Part shown: piece after piece, positions 27,916 to 37,400 of the stretch
Numbering within the stretch: the stretch's first letter is position 1
How the letters are laid out: each line of letters starts with the position of its first letter
From: Candidatus Eiseniibacteriota bacterium
Lineage (GTDB): Bacteria > Eisenbacteria > RBG-16-71-46
Reading direction: 5' to 3'
Assembly: GCA_963744995.1 (NCBI GenBank)
Contig: CAVUWA010000005.1
Location: forward strand, 1-64,000
Length of the DNA stretch: 64,000 bases
The notes under the pieces: model-generated
The model's database searches: none
The model's input: the letters and a program-made list of their open reading frames with translations, nothing else
What the model was told of the DNA's origin: nothing
Translations under genes and position numbers: made by a program

Positions 27916-30503
27916 CGGGTCACTCCTTTGACCGCGTGGGCACCGACGGTTCCTCCGTCGGCACGGGCCTCATGGCCGCGCGGCCGGGTCCACACGAACG
28001 AGCAGGTCTTCAGCAGCGTCCTGAGATCGAGCAGATCCGACCGGTGGTCGACGTAGTGCAGATCATACTGCACGCGGCGCGTCACGCCCTCGCCGTCGGA
28101 ATCCGGGCAACCGGAAACCTGGGCCAGTCCGGTCACGCCCGGCCGCACCGTGAACCGCCGGGCATAGTCGGGCACCAGGTTCATCCACCTGAGAACCAGC
28201 TCCTCCTTTTCCGGCTTGGGGCCCACCAGGGCCATGTCGCCGTTCAGGACGTTGAGGAGGAAAGGTAGCTTGTCGAGACGGTGCCGCGCGACCCAGCGAG
28301 ACAGCGGCCCCAGGTCGGCCCGGAACCGGGCACAGCGGATCGGTTCGCCGAGCAGGTCCTGCGTGCGCCGGTCGAGGTTGCGGCGCTCGATCGGCACGCG
28401 GTCGCGCCGCCCGCGACGTCCGCCCATGCGGCGGGTGCGGCCGATCCGGGTCTCGCGAAACAGCATCGGCACCCCGGCGCGGCGCGCCTCGAACCCGACC
28501 AGCAGCCACACCGGCGACGACAGCAGGAGCAGGATCATGGCGAGAACGGCGTCGCCGAACGCCCGCGCCCGCTCCGGCCAGCGCTCGACGGGGTCCGGCC
28601 GGCGTACCGGCTGCGCGGCCGGCAGCTCGATGACGGGCTCGGGCGGCGCTTCGGGGAGCGGACCATGCGTGGGCTCGACGTACTCGGGGACCAGCCGGTG
28701 CAGATGACGCTTGATGGTCGCGGCGTCTTCGGTCTGCGCGACGCGCTCGAGCCGCCCGATCTCGTCCATCAGGCTCTTCTCGTCGCGCGCGTCGAGATCC
28801 CACACCAGGATGCGCTCGTTGCGCGTGATGCGCGTGCTCTCGGTGTCCGAGTGCAGCTCTTCGTAGAGCTTCTCGCCGGGTCTCAGGCCCGTGAATACGA
28901 TCTCGATGTCCTCGCCTTCCCGCAGCCCGGCCATGCGCACGAGCTGGCGCGCGAGATCGGCGATCCGCACCTGTTCGCCCATGTCGAGCAGGTAGACCTC
29001 GCCGCCCCTGGCCATCGCTCCCGCCTGGATCACGAGCCGCACCGCTTCCGGAATCGTCATGAAGTAGCGGCGCGCCTCCGGATGGGTCACGGTGATCGGC
29101 CCGCCGCGCGCGATCTGGCGCTGGAACAGCGGAATGACGGAACCGTCGCTGCCGAGCACGTTGCCGAAGCGCACCGCGGCGAAGCGCGTGCGGCTGGTCT
29201 GCGAGCGGCTCTGCAGGATCATCTCGCAGACGCGCTTGGAGGCGCCCATCACGCTGCTCGGGTTCACCGCCTTGTCGGTCGAGATCAGTACGAAGGCGCG
29301 CACGCCGACGCGATCCGAAACCTGGACCAGGTGACGCGTGCCGACGATGTTGTTCAGCACCGCCTCGCGCGGATTCGCTTCGAGCAGCGGCACGTGCTTG
29401 TGCGCCGCGGCGTGGAACACGACCTCGGGACGGAAGCGCGCGAACAGCCGCTCCATGCCGTCGAGGTCGCGGATGTCGCCGACCATCGCATGCACGGGGA
29501 AGCCCGGATGCCCGCTCAGCACTTCGTGCTGCACGTAGTAGAGCCCGTTCTCGGCGTGATCCACCATCACCAGCTCGGCCGGCTCGAAGCCGACGACCTG
29601 GCGCACCAGCTCGCCGCCGATCGACCCGCCCGCGCCGGTGACCAGCACGCGCTGCCCGCGCAGGAAATCGCCGATCTCCTGCATGTCGAGCTGTACCGGG
29701 TGGCGACCCAGGAGATCCTCGATCCGCACGTCGCGCATCTGCGAGATCGCGGTGCGACCCTGCTGGAAGTCGGACAGGCCCGGCAGCGTTTTCACCCGGA
29801 CCTCCGCCTCGTGGCAGAAGCGGGCGATCTCGCGCACCACCCGCGCGGGCAGGTCGGCGTCCGACACGACGACCATCTGCACGCGTCGCTCCGACAGGAT
29901 TCGCGGCAGATCGGCGATCGTGCCGAGCACCTTCACGCCCTCGACCTGATGGCCCGTGAGCCGGCCGTCGTCGTCGATGAAACCGATCGGCACGAGCGGT
30001 TCGGCGCCGTCCTCGGCGCGGCGCATTTCCTGCGTGAGATGCACGCCGGCGAAGCCGGTGCCGACGACCAGCGTGCGCATGGCACGGCTCGACTGCGGGC
30101 GCAGCACCCGCTCGCGCGACAGCCGCCAGGCGAAGCGCGCGCCGCCCACCAGGACCAGCTCCCACAGCGGAACCATCACGATCAGGCTGCGCGGGAACAG
30201 CGGCTCGCTGGAGAAGAACATGATGATCACCAGCGCCGCGGCCGACAGCGAAGCGCCCTTGACCACCTGGAACAGCGTCACGGTGCTGGCGTAGCGCCAC
30301 AGCCCGTGGTAGAGACCCGACAACAGGAAGCCGAGCAGGGTGAGCGCGGTGAACCACGGGGCGATCGCGACGTAGCCGTGGAGAAAGCGCGCCGGGACGT
30401 CGCCTTCGAAGCGCAGCCCCATCGCCAGCAGGTAGGACATCTGGATGAGGGCGGCGTAGCCGAGCGTCAGCAGAATGATGCGCGGCGTGTGTCTGAAGCC
30501 CAT
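27912..30503 (-). CDS. CapD/PglF/WbpM-family nucleotide-sugar 4,6-dehydratase fused to a degenerate Bac_transf domain
   Basis: 4 TM + CoA-binding-like domain, TGAGGSIG, HAAAHKHVP, STDKAV, MGASK, VRFGNVLGS, GLRPGEKLYEEL; C-terminal NVLNGDMALVGPKPE, RPGVTGLAQV. Confidence 0.92.
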   Translation of the reverse strand: MGFRHTPRIILLTLGYAALIQMSYLLAMGLRFEGDVPARFLHGYVAIAPWFTALTLLGFLLSGLYHGLWRYASTVTLFQVVKGASLSAAALVIIMFFSSEPLFPRSLIVMVPLWELVLVGGARFAWRLSRERVLRPQSSRAMRTLVVGTGFAGVHLTQEMRRAEDGAEPLVPIGFIDDDGRLTGHQVEGVKVLGTIADLPRILSERRVQMVVVSDADLPARVVREIARFCHEAEVRVKTLPGLSDFQQGRTAISQMRDVRIEDLLGRHPVQLDMQEIGDFLRGQRVLVTGAGGSIGGELVRQVVGFEPAELVMVDHAENGLYYVQHEVLSGHPGFPVHAMVGDIRDLDGMERLFARFRPEVVFHAAAHKHVPLLEANPREAVLNNIVGTRHLVQVSDRVGVRAFVLISTDKAVNPSSVMGASKRVCEMILQSRSQTSRTRFAAVRFGNVLGSDGSVIPLFQRQIARGGPITVTHPEARRYFMTIPEAVRLVIQAGAMARGGEVYLLDMGEQVRIADLARQLVRMAGLREGEDIEIVFTGLRPGEKLYEELHSDTESTRITRNERILVWDLDARDEKSLMDEIGRLERVAQTEDAATIKRHLHRLVPEYVEPTHGPLPEAPPEPVIELPAAQPVRRPDPVERWPERARAFGDAVLAMILLLLSSPVWLLVGFEARRAGVPMLFRETRIGRTRRMGGRRGRRDRVPIERRNLDRRTQDLLGEPIRCARFRADLGPLSRWVARHRLDKLPFLLNVLNGDMALVGPKPEKEELVLRWMNLVPDYARRFTVRPGVTGLAQVSGCPDSDGEGVTRRVQYDLHYVDHRSDLLDLRTLLKTCSFVWTRPRGHEARADGGTVGAHAVKGVTR

Positions 30504-30766
30504 CTAGGTGCCGTCCTGGCGGTGCTGCAACCGCCTGTTCGGGGGTAACAGGCAAGGGGAATGTGTTGCGTGATGCCGACCGATGGCGCCGGCTCTAACC
30601 CGCCGGAACGGCGCTCGCGCGCAGGCCGCGAAATGGGCGCGGGAAGTCCTTCCGGCGTTCTGTGGATACACCGGCACAGACCGCCCCGGCCCTGAAACGG
30701 GGCTGCACTTTGCCGTATGAACCTCCGTCGGACCGTCGAGATCCGAGTGGCGCTTCGTCGACAACG

Positions 30767-30794
30767 ATTCTAGGGGGTCCGCGGGCGGAGTCAA
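30767..30794 (-). promoter_or_regulatory. Putative sigma-70 promoter of the EPS operon
   Basis: TTGACT-N16-TAGAAT on the minus strand, about 260 nt upstream of ATG 30503. Confidence 0.55.
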
Positions 30795-30925
30795 GTCAAA
30801 CAATGGAAACGTGTTACGGCATGGATTGAATGCATTTCGCAATCTGGCCCCCGAGCCCGCGGCCGGCGCGGATCGGGTCGTCATCAGCCCGGTCGGCCAT
30901 ACGGCCGCCATGCGGAGAAGCCCCG

Positions 30926-31393
30926 ATGGATTCCGAACGGATCGCAGTTCTGGAGCGACAAGTCAATAGACTGCAGCGGGTTACGGTCATGCTTGGGGCC
31001 GGCTTCCTGCTCCTGCTGGTGTGGCGGCTGGTTCCTTCCAGCCCCACGGTGACAGCCCGGCAGTTCCTGATGAAGGACGCGTCCGGGGTGATCCGCGGTG
31101 CGCTGATGATGCTGGATGATGGCCGGCCGACCCTGCGTCTCAACGATAAGAACGGCAGACCCCGGACCATGCTTTATCTGAATCCGGACGCGGGCGGCGC
31201 CCTGCGATTCACCGACCTCCGCGGCCATCATCGCCTGCAGCTGCTGCTCACCCCCGAGGGCGAGCCCGAGATCCGCTTCGAGAACCGCGACGGCGTGACC
31301 CGCACGCGGCTGGGTCTCACCGTCGCCCACCGCCCCGCGATCTCGATTGCCGACCCCGAGGGCCGCCCGGTCTGGGCGTCCCCGCTACGCTGA
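30926..31393 (+). CDS. Hypothetical membrane-anchored protein with beta-rich repeats
   Basis: GGAG RBS, MDSERIAVLERQV coiled coil, one TM, repeated L.D..G..R..L units. Confidence 0.75.
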   Translation: MDSERIAVLERQVNRLQRVTVMLGAGFLLLLVWRLVPSSPTVTARQFLMKDASGVIRGALMMLDDGRPTLRLNDKNGRPRTMLYLNPDAGGALRFTDLRGHHRLQLLLTPEGEPEIRFENRDGVTRTRLGLTVAHRPAISIADPEGRPVWASPLR

Positions 31394-32278
31394 AGTCCTG
31401 GTCCCGCGCAGCATGGCGGCTTCGGCCCGCACCCCATCCTCGAACGGGCGCGGCGCGAAGCCGAGATCCGCACGCGCCGGAGTGATGTCCACGGCCTTCG
31501 ACTCGTGAAGCCTCAGGACCTGCTCGGGGCGCACCGGACACGGCAGCCGCACCGCGCGCAGCAGCCGCGCCACGTGATAGGCGGGCGCGAGCGGCAGGTG
31601 CGGCGTCCAGATGCGCCGCCCCATGGCCGCGGCCCCGATCCGCACCGCGCGCTCGAGCGGCAGCTCGGCGGGACCGCCGAGGTCGTAGGCGCGGCCCGCG
31701 ACGCCCGGGCGCTCGAGCGCGGCGAGGATCGCCTCGCACAGGTCCTCGACGTGGACGGGCTGCTGCGGCGTCGTGCCGCCGCCCGGCAGCGGCACGACCG
31801 GACAGCGGCGGATCCAGCCGAGCAGCCGTGCGATGTTCCGGTCCGCCGGCGTGCCGTAGATCATGCTCGGCCGGAGGATCACCCACTCGAGGCCGGAGTC
31901 TGCGAGCGCGCGTTCACCCGCGCGCTTCGCTTCCGCGCCGCTGCTCGGCAGCTTCGTGTGGACGCCGGCGGAGCTCACGAAGACCGCGCGCGCCGCAGCG
32001 CTCGCGCGCAGCGCCGGGATCATGCCCGGCACCAGCGCGAGGCCGGCGAGGTGCACGATCGCATCCGCGCCGGAGAACACGCCGGCCAGGGTGTCCGGAT
32101 CGGACAGCTCGCCGCGCCGCACCTCGATGCCGGCGCGCTCGAGCAGGGCGGCCTCGCGGCTCGGCCGCACCACGCCCACGATGCGGTCGCCGCGCGCGGA
32201 GAGTCGCGGGAAGAGGTGCGATGCGACGAAACCGAGCGCGCCGGTCACGACGACGGTGCGCGGCGTGCGTTCGCTCAT
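31385..32278 (-). CDS. NAD-dependent epimerase/dehydratase-family (atypical SDR) protein
   Basis: VVVTGALGFVASH, HLAG, LRPSMIYG, QPVHVEDL. Confidence 0.88.
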   Translation of the reverse strand: MSERTPRTVVVTGALGFVASHLFPRLSARGDRIVGVVRPSREAALLERAGIEVRRGELSDPDTLAGVFSGADAIVHLAGLALVPGMIPALRASAAARAVFVSSAGVHTKLPSSGAEAKRAGERALADSGLEWVILRPSMIYGTPADRNIARLLGWIRRCPVVPLPGGGTTPQQPVHVEDLCEAILAALERPGVAGRAYDLGGPAELPLERAVRIGAAAMGRRIWTPHLPLAPAYHVARLLRAVRLPCPVRPEQVLRLHESKAVDITPARADLGFAPRPFEDGVRAEAAMLRGTRTSA

Positions 32279-32334
32279 CGGTCCCCCGAACGGCGACGCC
32301 CGCCGGTGGCCAGACCGCCGGCGGGCGCACAAGC

Positions 32335-32410
32335 TGGTAGCGCTACGGGGATTCGAACCCCGGTCTGATGGCTGAGAACCATCTGTCCTAGACCCCTAGA
32401 CGATAGCGCC
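32335..32410 (-). tRNA. tRNA-Glu(CTC)
   Basis: GGCGCTA/TAGCGCT acceptor stem, GATGG-TTCTCAG-CCATC anticodon arm, GGTTCGAATCC, encoded CCA. Confidence 0.96.
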
Positions 32411-32441
32411 GCGGACGCTCCCCTCGCAGGAAGCGGGCGGC

Positions 32442-32470
32442 AGTCTAAGCAGGGACCCGTACGAGGTCAA
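32442..32470 (-). promoter_or_regulatory. Sigma-70 promoter for tRNA-Glu
   Basis: TTGACC-N17-TAGACT about 30 nt upstream of the tRNA. Confidence 0.7.
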
Positions 32471-32753
32471 GACGTGCCCGCGAGGTCGCGGTGGCCCGGC
32501 GCACGCGGCGGTTGCTGAACACGGCGCCGGACAAACCGTCGCCCCGAGCACCGTTGGTGAAACCGGCCGTGAGATCGTCAGCGAACTCGCCTGCGAGCGC
32601 GCGTTCGCGCCACCCGCGGGAATCCTGTGCAGGAACAGCGCGACGGGTCCTGCAGCGTGGCCTCGTCCCGCCGGTCCGCCTTTCGCGTCGTCACCGGCAT
32701 CATCACGACGCGGTCGCCGCCGGCTTGACGGCGAATCTGAAGATGAAGCGGAG

Positions 32754-32827
32754 TGGCTGCCCGGCAAGGATTCGAACCTCGACTAACTGGTCCAGAGCCA
32801 GTCGTGCTACCGTTACACCACCGGGCA
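32754..32827 (-). tRNA. tRNA-Gln(CTG)
   Basis: TGCCCGG..., ACTGG-CTCTGGA-CCAGT anticodon arm, GGTTCGAATCC, encoded CCA. Confidence 0.96.
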
Positions 32828-32840
32828 GTGAAGGGCGGGC

Positions 32841-32870
32841 AATTTATCAGGCTCCGCGGCCTCGAATCAA
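32841..32870 (-). promoter_or_regulatory. Putative promoter for tRNA-Gln overlapping the gltX stop
   Basis: TTGATT-N18-TAAATT with an extended -10 TG. Confidence 0.5.
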
Positions 32871-34360
32871 GGTCCTCCGGCGCCCCGCGATGCGGCCGCA
32901 TGCGCGGACTCCCGGGTCCAGCGCGCTGCGGCCTCCCGCAGCCGCGCCACCACGGCTTCCCGCCCCAGCAGCCGCATCACCTCGAACAGACCCGGCGCCA
33001 CTTTCCGTCCGGTCAGCGCCACGCGGGCGGCACCCATCACCTGGCCCGCTTTGACACCCCACTCGGCCGCCGCCCCGCGCGTCAGCGCCTCCAGACTCTC
33101 CAGGGAGAACGCCGGGTCGGCTTCGATGCGCTCCGCGAGGGCCGCGAGTCGCGGGCCGGCGTCGGGACGTTCGAGCACCGAGGTCCACGCCTCCGGATCG
33201 AGCGCCGGCACGGGCTCGAGTGCGAACGCGCCGTAGCGCTCCGCATCGGCGAGCGTCTTCAGGCGGTCGCCGAGCGCGCGAACGAACGCGGCGCGCCAGG
33301 CCTCGTCGCGACCCGAGAGGTCGTGACCATGCGCTTCGAGATACGCGACCACCAGGCGCTCGCGCTCCGCCTCGGGCAATCGCTTCATGTGCTGCCCGTT
33401 CATCCACTCCAGCTTGTCGGTGTCGAAGACGGCGGGATTGGACCCCACGCGCTCCAGCCGGAACAGCTGCTCGAGCTCGCCGAGCGTGAACATCTCGCGC
33501 TGGCCGTCGTAGGACCAGCCGAGCAGCGCGAGGAAGTTGACGAGCGCGCCGGGCAGGAATCCGAGGTCGCGATAGGCCGACACCGAAGTGGCGCCGTGCC
33601 GCTTCGACAGCCGCGCACCGTCGGCGCCGAGGATCATCGGCACGTGCGCAAACGCCGGCGGCTCGAAGCCGAACGCACCGTAGAGCTCGAGCTGACGCGG
33701 CGTGTTGGAAATATGGTCGTCGCCGCGGATGACGTGCGTGATCGCCATCGCGTGATCGTCCACGACGGCGGCAAAGTTGTAGGTCGGATGCCCGTCCGAG
33801 CGCATGATCACGAAGTCGTCGAGGGCCTCGGCCGGGAACGCGACGCGGCCGCGCACGAGATCCTCCCACCCCACCTCGCGCGCGCCCTCGCGGCGAAACC
33901 GGATCGCCGCCGCACGGCCCTCCGCGGCCAGTGCTGCGCGCTCGGCCGCGCCGAGGTCGCGGCAGCGTCCGTCGTAGCCCGCCGGCGTGCCGCGTTCCGT
34001 GCGGCGCGCGCGCCGTGCTTCGAGCTCCCCGGGCGTGCACCAGCAGTGATAGGCGCGCCCCGCCTCGAGCAGCCGCTCCGCGTGTGCCGCGTAGAGCGGC
34101 AGGCGCTGCGCCTGGAAGTAGGGTCCGTGCGGACCGCCGGCCTCGGGACCCTCGTCCCAGGCGAGGCCGAGCCAGCGCATGCCGTCGAGGATCGCCTCGA
34201 GCGACTCGGGGGTCGAGCGCGCGGCGTCGGTGTCTTCGATGCGCAGCACGAAGGTGCCGCCGTGCCGGCGCGCGAAGAGGTAGTTGTAGAGCGCCGTACG
34301 GGCGCCGCCGACGTGCAGGAAGCCGGTCGGGCTGGGAGCGAAACGGACGCGGACGGACAT
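32867..34360 (-). CDS. gltX: Glutamate--tRNA ligase
   Basis: RVRFAPSPTG.LHVGG, LRIEDTD, RGDDH, RLSKR; next to tRNA-Gln and tRNA-Glu. Confidence 0.97.
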   Translation of the reverse strand: MSVRVRFAPSPTGFLHVGGARTALYNYLFARRHGGTFVLRIEDTDAARSTPESLEAILDGMRWLGLAWDEGPEAGGPHGPYFQAQRLPLYAAHAERLLEAGRAYHCWCTPGELEARRARRTERGTPAGYDGRCRDLGAAERAALAAEGRAAAIRFRREGAREVGWEDLVRGRVAFPAEALDDFVIMRSDGHPTYNFAAVVDDHAMAITHVIRGDDHISNTPRQLELYGAFGFEPPAFAHVPMILGADGARLSKRHGATSVSAYRDLGFLPGALVNFLALLGWSYDGQREMFTLGELEQLFRLERVGSNPAVFDTDKLEWMNGQHMKRLPEAERERLVVAYLEAHGHDLSGRDEAWRAAFVRALGDRLKTLADAERYGAFALEPVPALDPEAWTSVLERPDAGPRLAALAERIEADPAFSLESLEALTRGAAAEWGVKAGQVMGAARVALTGRKVAPGLFEVMRLLGREAVVARLREAAARWTRESAHAAASRGAGGP

Positions 34361-34396
34361 CGTCTCCTCACCTGGGTCGAGCCTGAAAGCGATCGA

Positions 34397-34433
34397 GGCG
34401 GCGCACGTTAGTCGCGTGCGCCGCCCCGGTCAA
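34397..34433 (-). promoter_or_regulatory. Putative gltX promoter embedded in an 11-bp inverted repeat
   Basis: TTGACC-N17-TAACGT (34433-34405); GGCGGCGCACG-N7-CGTGCGCCGCC at 34397-34425. Confidence 0.55.
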
Positions 34434-34461
34434 TGCGCCGCCGCCCGCGGGCGGCCGGGCT

Positions 34462-37400
34462 TCAGCGCATGACGACGATCTTCTGCGTGAGACTGCGGGC
34501 GCCGATGGCGAAGCGCACGAAGTACACGCCGGCATCCACGCCGCGGTGCGCCGCGTCGCTCAGATCCCAGTCGGCCGTGTAGCGGCCGGCCTTTGCCGGT
34601 CCCTCGGCCAGCGTCCGGATGCGGCGACCGTTCAGGTCGAACACGTCGATCCGGTACGGCGTGCCGTCGAGATCGTGCGGGATGGCGTAGGACACGCGCG
34701 TCGCTCCGCGGGCGGGGTTCGGCCCCGCGGTGGCGAAACGGATCTCGGCGGGCGGAGCGTCCGCATCGGGGCCGTCCACGCCGACCAGGACCGGGGTCCC
34801 CGCGTACCCGGTATGCAGAGCGTCGTGGTGGAACTGGGGCCACGCCGGAGGGCCGCCGGGCGAGAACGGGAAATCGTAGTCCCACATGTGCACCTTGCCG
34901 CCCCAGCTCATGGCGATGATCTCGGTCATGCCGTCGCCGTCGCAGTCGCACACGGCCGGCGTCGCCTTGACCTCCGAGTCGATGTCGATCGGGAAACCCG
35001 GCAATACCGTGCCCGTGCCGCTGATGGCCGTGAGCTGGTTGACTTCGTCACCCATGACGACGTCATTGAGACCGTCGCCGTCGATGTCCGCGACGACCGG
35101 GCTGCTCTCGCTGGCGCCGGAGTTGAGCGCGCTGTAGCGAATGCCGCTGAACGGCGGCACCACGGCACCGCTGCCGTTGTAGGCGTAGATCCGGCCGTTC
35201 GTGCTCGCCACGACGATGTCGAGGAAGCCGTTGTTGTTCATGTCGGCGAGCGCCGGCGATGGCGCGCGGCTGGTCCCGCTGAACGTCACCGACAGCGGGA
35301 ATCCGGGCCGCAGCGCGCCGGCAGCCGTGAAGGCATAGAGCTTGTCGTTGCTGCAGGCGACGACGACGTCGAGTTCCGTGTCCGACGGCCCGTCGAGGTA
35401 GCCAACCGCCACCGAAGCGTTGACGGGGCCGGCCAGCGCGATCGGGAAGCCGGGCAGATCGGAGCCGTCCGGGCGCCATGCGTAGAGGTGACCGTCCGCG
35501 GAACCGAAGACGATGTCCCGGAAGCCGTCGCCGTCGAGATCGACGATCGCCGCGGTGCCCGAGTTGTAGGTGCTCGATCCCATGGTCCTGAAGACGCCGT
35601 TGGTGGCCGGGTCCAGGTCCCCGTCCATCCACTCGGTGCCGTTCGCCCGGAACACCAGGAACGCGTTCCCATTCGTGCCGATCGCGATCTCCTGCTGACC
35701 GTCGTTGTTCAGATCGCCGATTGCGGGCGACGACCACAGCGAGAAACGCGTCTGCACCGGCCAGCCCGGTTTCGGCTGCCCCGCGGGGTCGAAGACGAAC
35801 AGCCGGTCGGCCAGCGACGGCGTGCCGGCCGCACTGGGGTCCCATGAACCGGCGATGATCTCCGCACCGCCCCCGTCGAGATCGGCGATCGCGGGGCCCG
35901 ACGCGTAGTACGAGCCGAGCGTGGTGAAGTCGCCGAACGTGGCGCCGGAGCCATCCGCGTCCACCGGCGAGCTGCCGTCCGGGTGGAACACGTGCAGCTT
36001 CGCGGAGCCGACGGCGATCGCCACCGGGTAGCCCTGATAGACGTGGCCCAGCACGATCGACGAAGGCGAGTTGTGGTCCGTGTCGACCGGGAACACCGTG
36101 TGGGTCGGCGGGTTCGTGCTGATGGCCACCTCCGCGGACTGGAACGACTCGTTCGCCGACGAGTCCACCGCCGCCACGCGGTAGTAGTAAAGGGTGAGCG
36201 GATCGAGTCCCTCGTCCATGAAATAGGACGTCCGGAAGGTGGGCACCAGGTTCGCCCGCGTGTACGGACCGCCCTGGATCGTGCTGCGATAGATGTTGTA
36301 GCCGCGCAGATCGGCCTCGCTCGAGTGGGCCCACGTGAGTGCGATGCTGGAACCCGCGCCGAAGCCGGCGAGCGATACCGGCATGGCGGGATAGGTGAGA
36401 TCGAGCTCCTGCACGAGTCGCAGGCCGTCCTGGTCCGACACGCGCAATTCGAGCCTGCGCGCCCGATCCGTTGACCGTGAAGGCGAATGGATCGCCGGTC
36501 GCCACCGCGCCCGATGGGACGTTGCCGAACGCCGAGGTGCTGTCGGTCACCGTGACGAGGCCGTCGCTGCTGCGCAGCACCGCGGTCATCCCCGTCGCGA
36601 GGCCCGTGCCCAGATTGCGCAGGGTCACGGTGTAGGTCACCGATTCGCCCGGGTCGGGGCGGCCGTCGCCGTTGCCCGAGCCGTCCCCCACGACGTGCGA
36701 GAGATGGAACGGCTCCGGCGCGTGCAGCACCATCTGGAAGTTCTCGACGTCCGTGCCGCCGAGTCCGTCCGTGATGTCGAGTCGGAACGGGACCTCGTGC
36801 TGATCCGGCATCGCCACCGGTGCGCTCACGCGGAATCCCGATGGCGGATTCACGGTCTCGGAGACGCCGATGACACCGTAGTTCACGACGGAGTTCGAGA
36901 TGGTGATGTCCGGATCGGTGGTCGAGAGCGTCGCCACCGCCGGGTTGGCCGCCACGCCCCCGTTGTTGGTGAGCGGGATGAGCAGGTCCACGGTCTCGCC
37001 GGTGTCGAACACGCCGTCACCGTTGCCGATCGTGCCGCCGACCCCGTCGTCGTCGATGACCGGGTCGCCCTGCACGACCGCCGGCCCCGCTCCCGTGGTG
37101 ATGGACATGTCGGCCTGGTAGGGCTCGCAGTCGTAGCCGGTGACCGTCAGCTTGAGGGTGCCGGCCGAATCGGCGCGGAACGGAATCGTGGCGTTTCCCG
37201 CGGCGTCGGTGAGGACCGTGGCGAATTCGTCACCGGGCCGATAGGCGGTGACCCGCGCGCCTTCGATCGGTGTCGCCCCGACTTCCACGTGCACGAGCGA
37301 AGTCGACGTTGCTCGTCGAGATCGTCCCCGGGTGGAGCACCGAGAGCGTGCGCGGAAGGCCGGTGTAGATACGCAGCTCCGGGTCGCCGAGCAGCAGCAG

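Noticed and set aside
30680..30730. GGCAAA-containing segment resembling a c-di-GMP-I riboswitch
   Set aside because: Lacks the GNRA tetraloop/receptor and second-stem consensus
32411..32753. 340-nt spacer between tRNA-Gln and tRNA-Glu as a possible ncRNA or small gene
   Set aside because: Only a promoter and a weak hairpin are supportable; ORFs there have no recognisable features
32335..32827. tRNA genes as an integration site for the EPS locus
   Set aside because: No integrase or duplicated tRNA 3' end seen; composition is unchanged across the site
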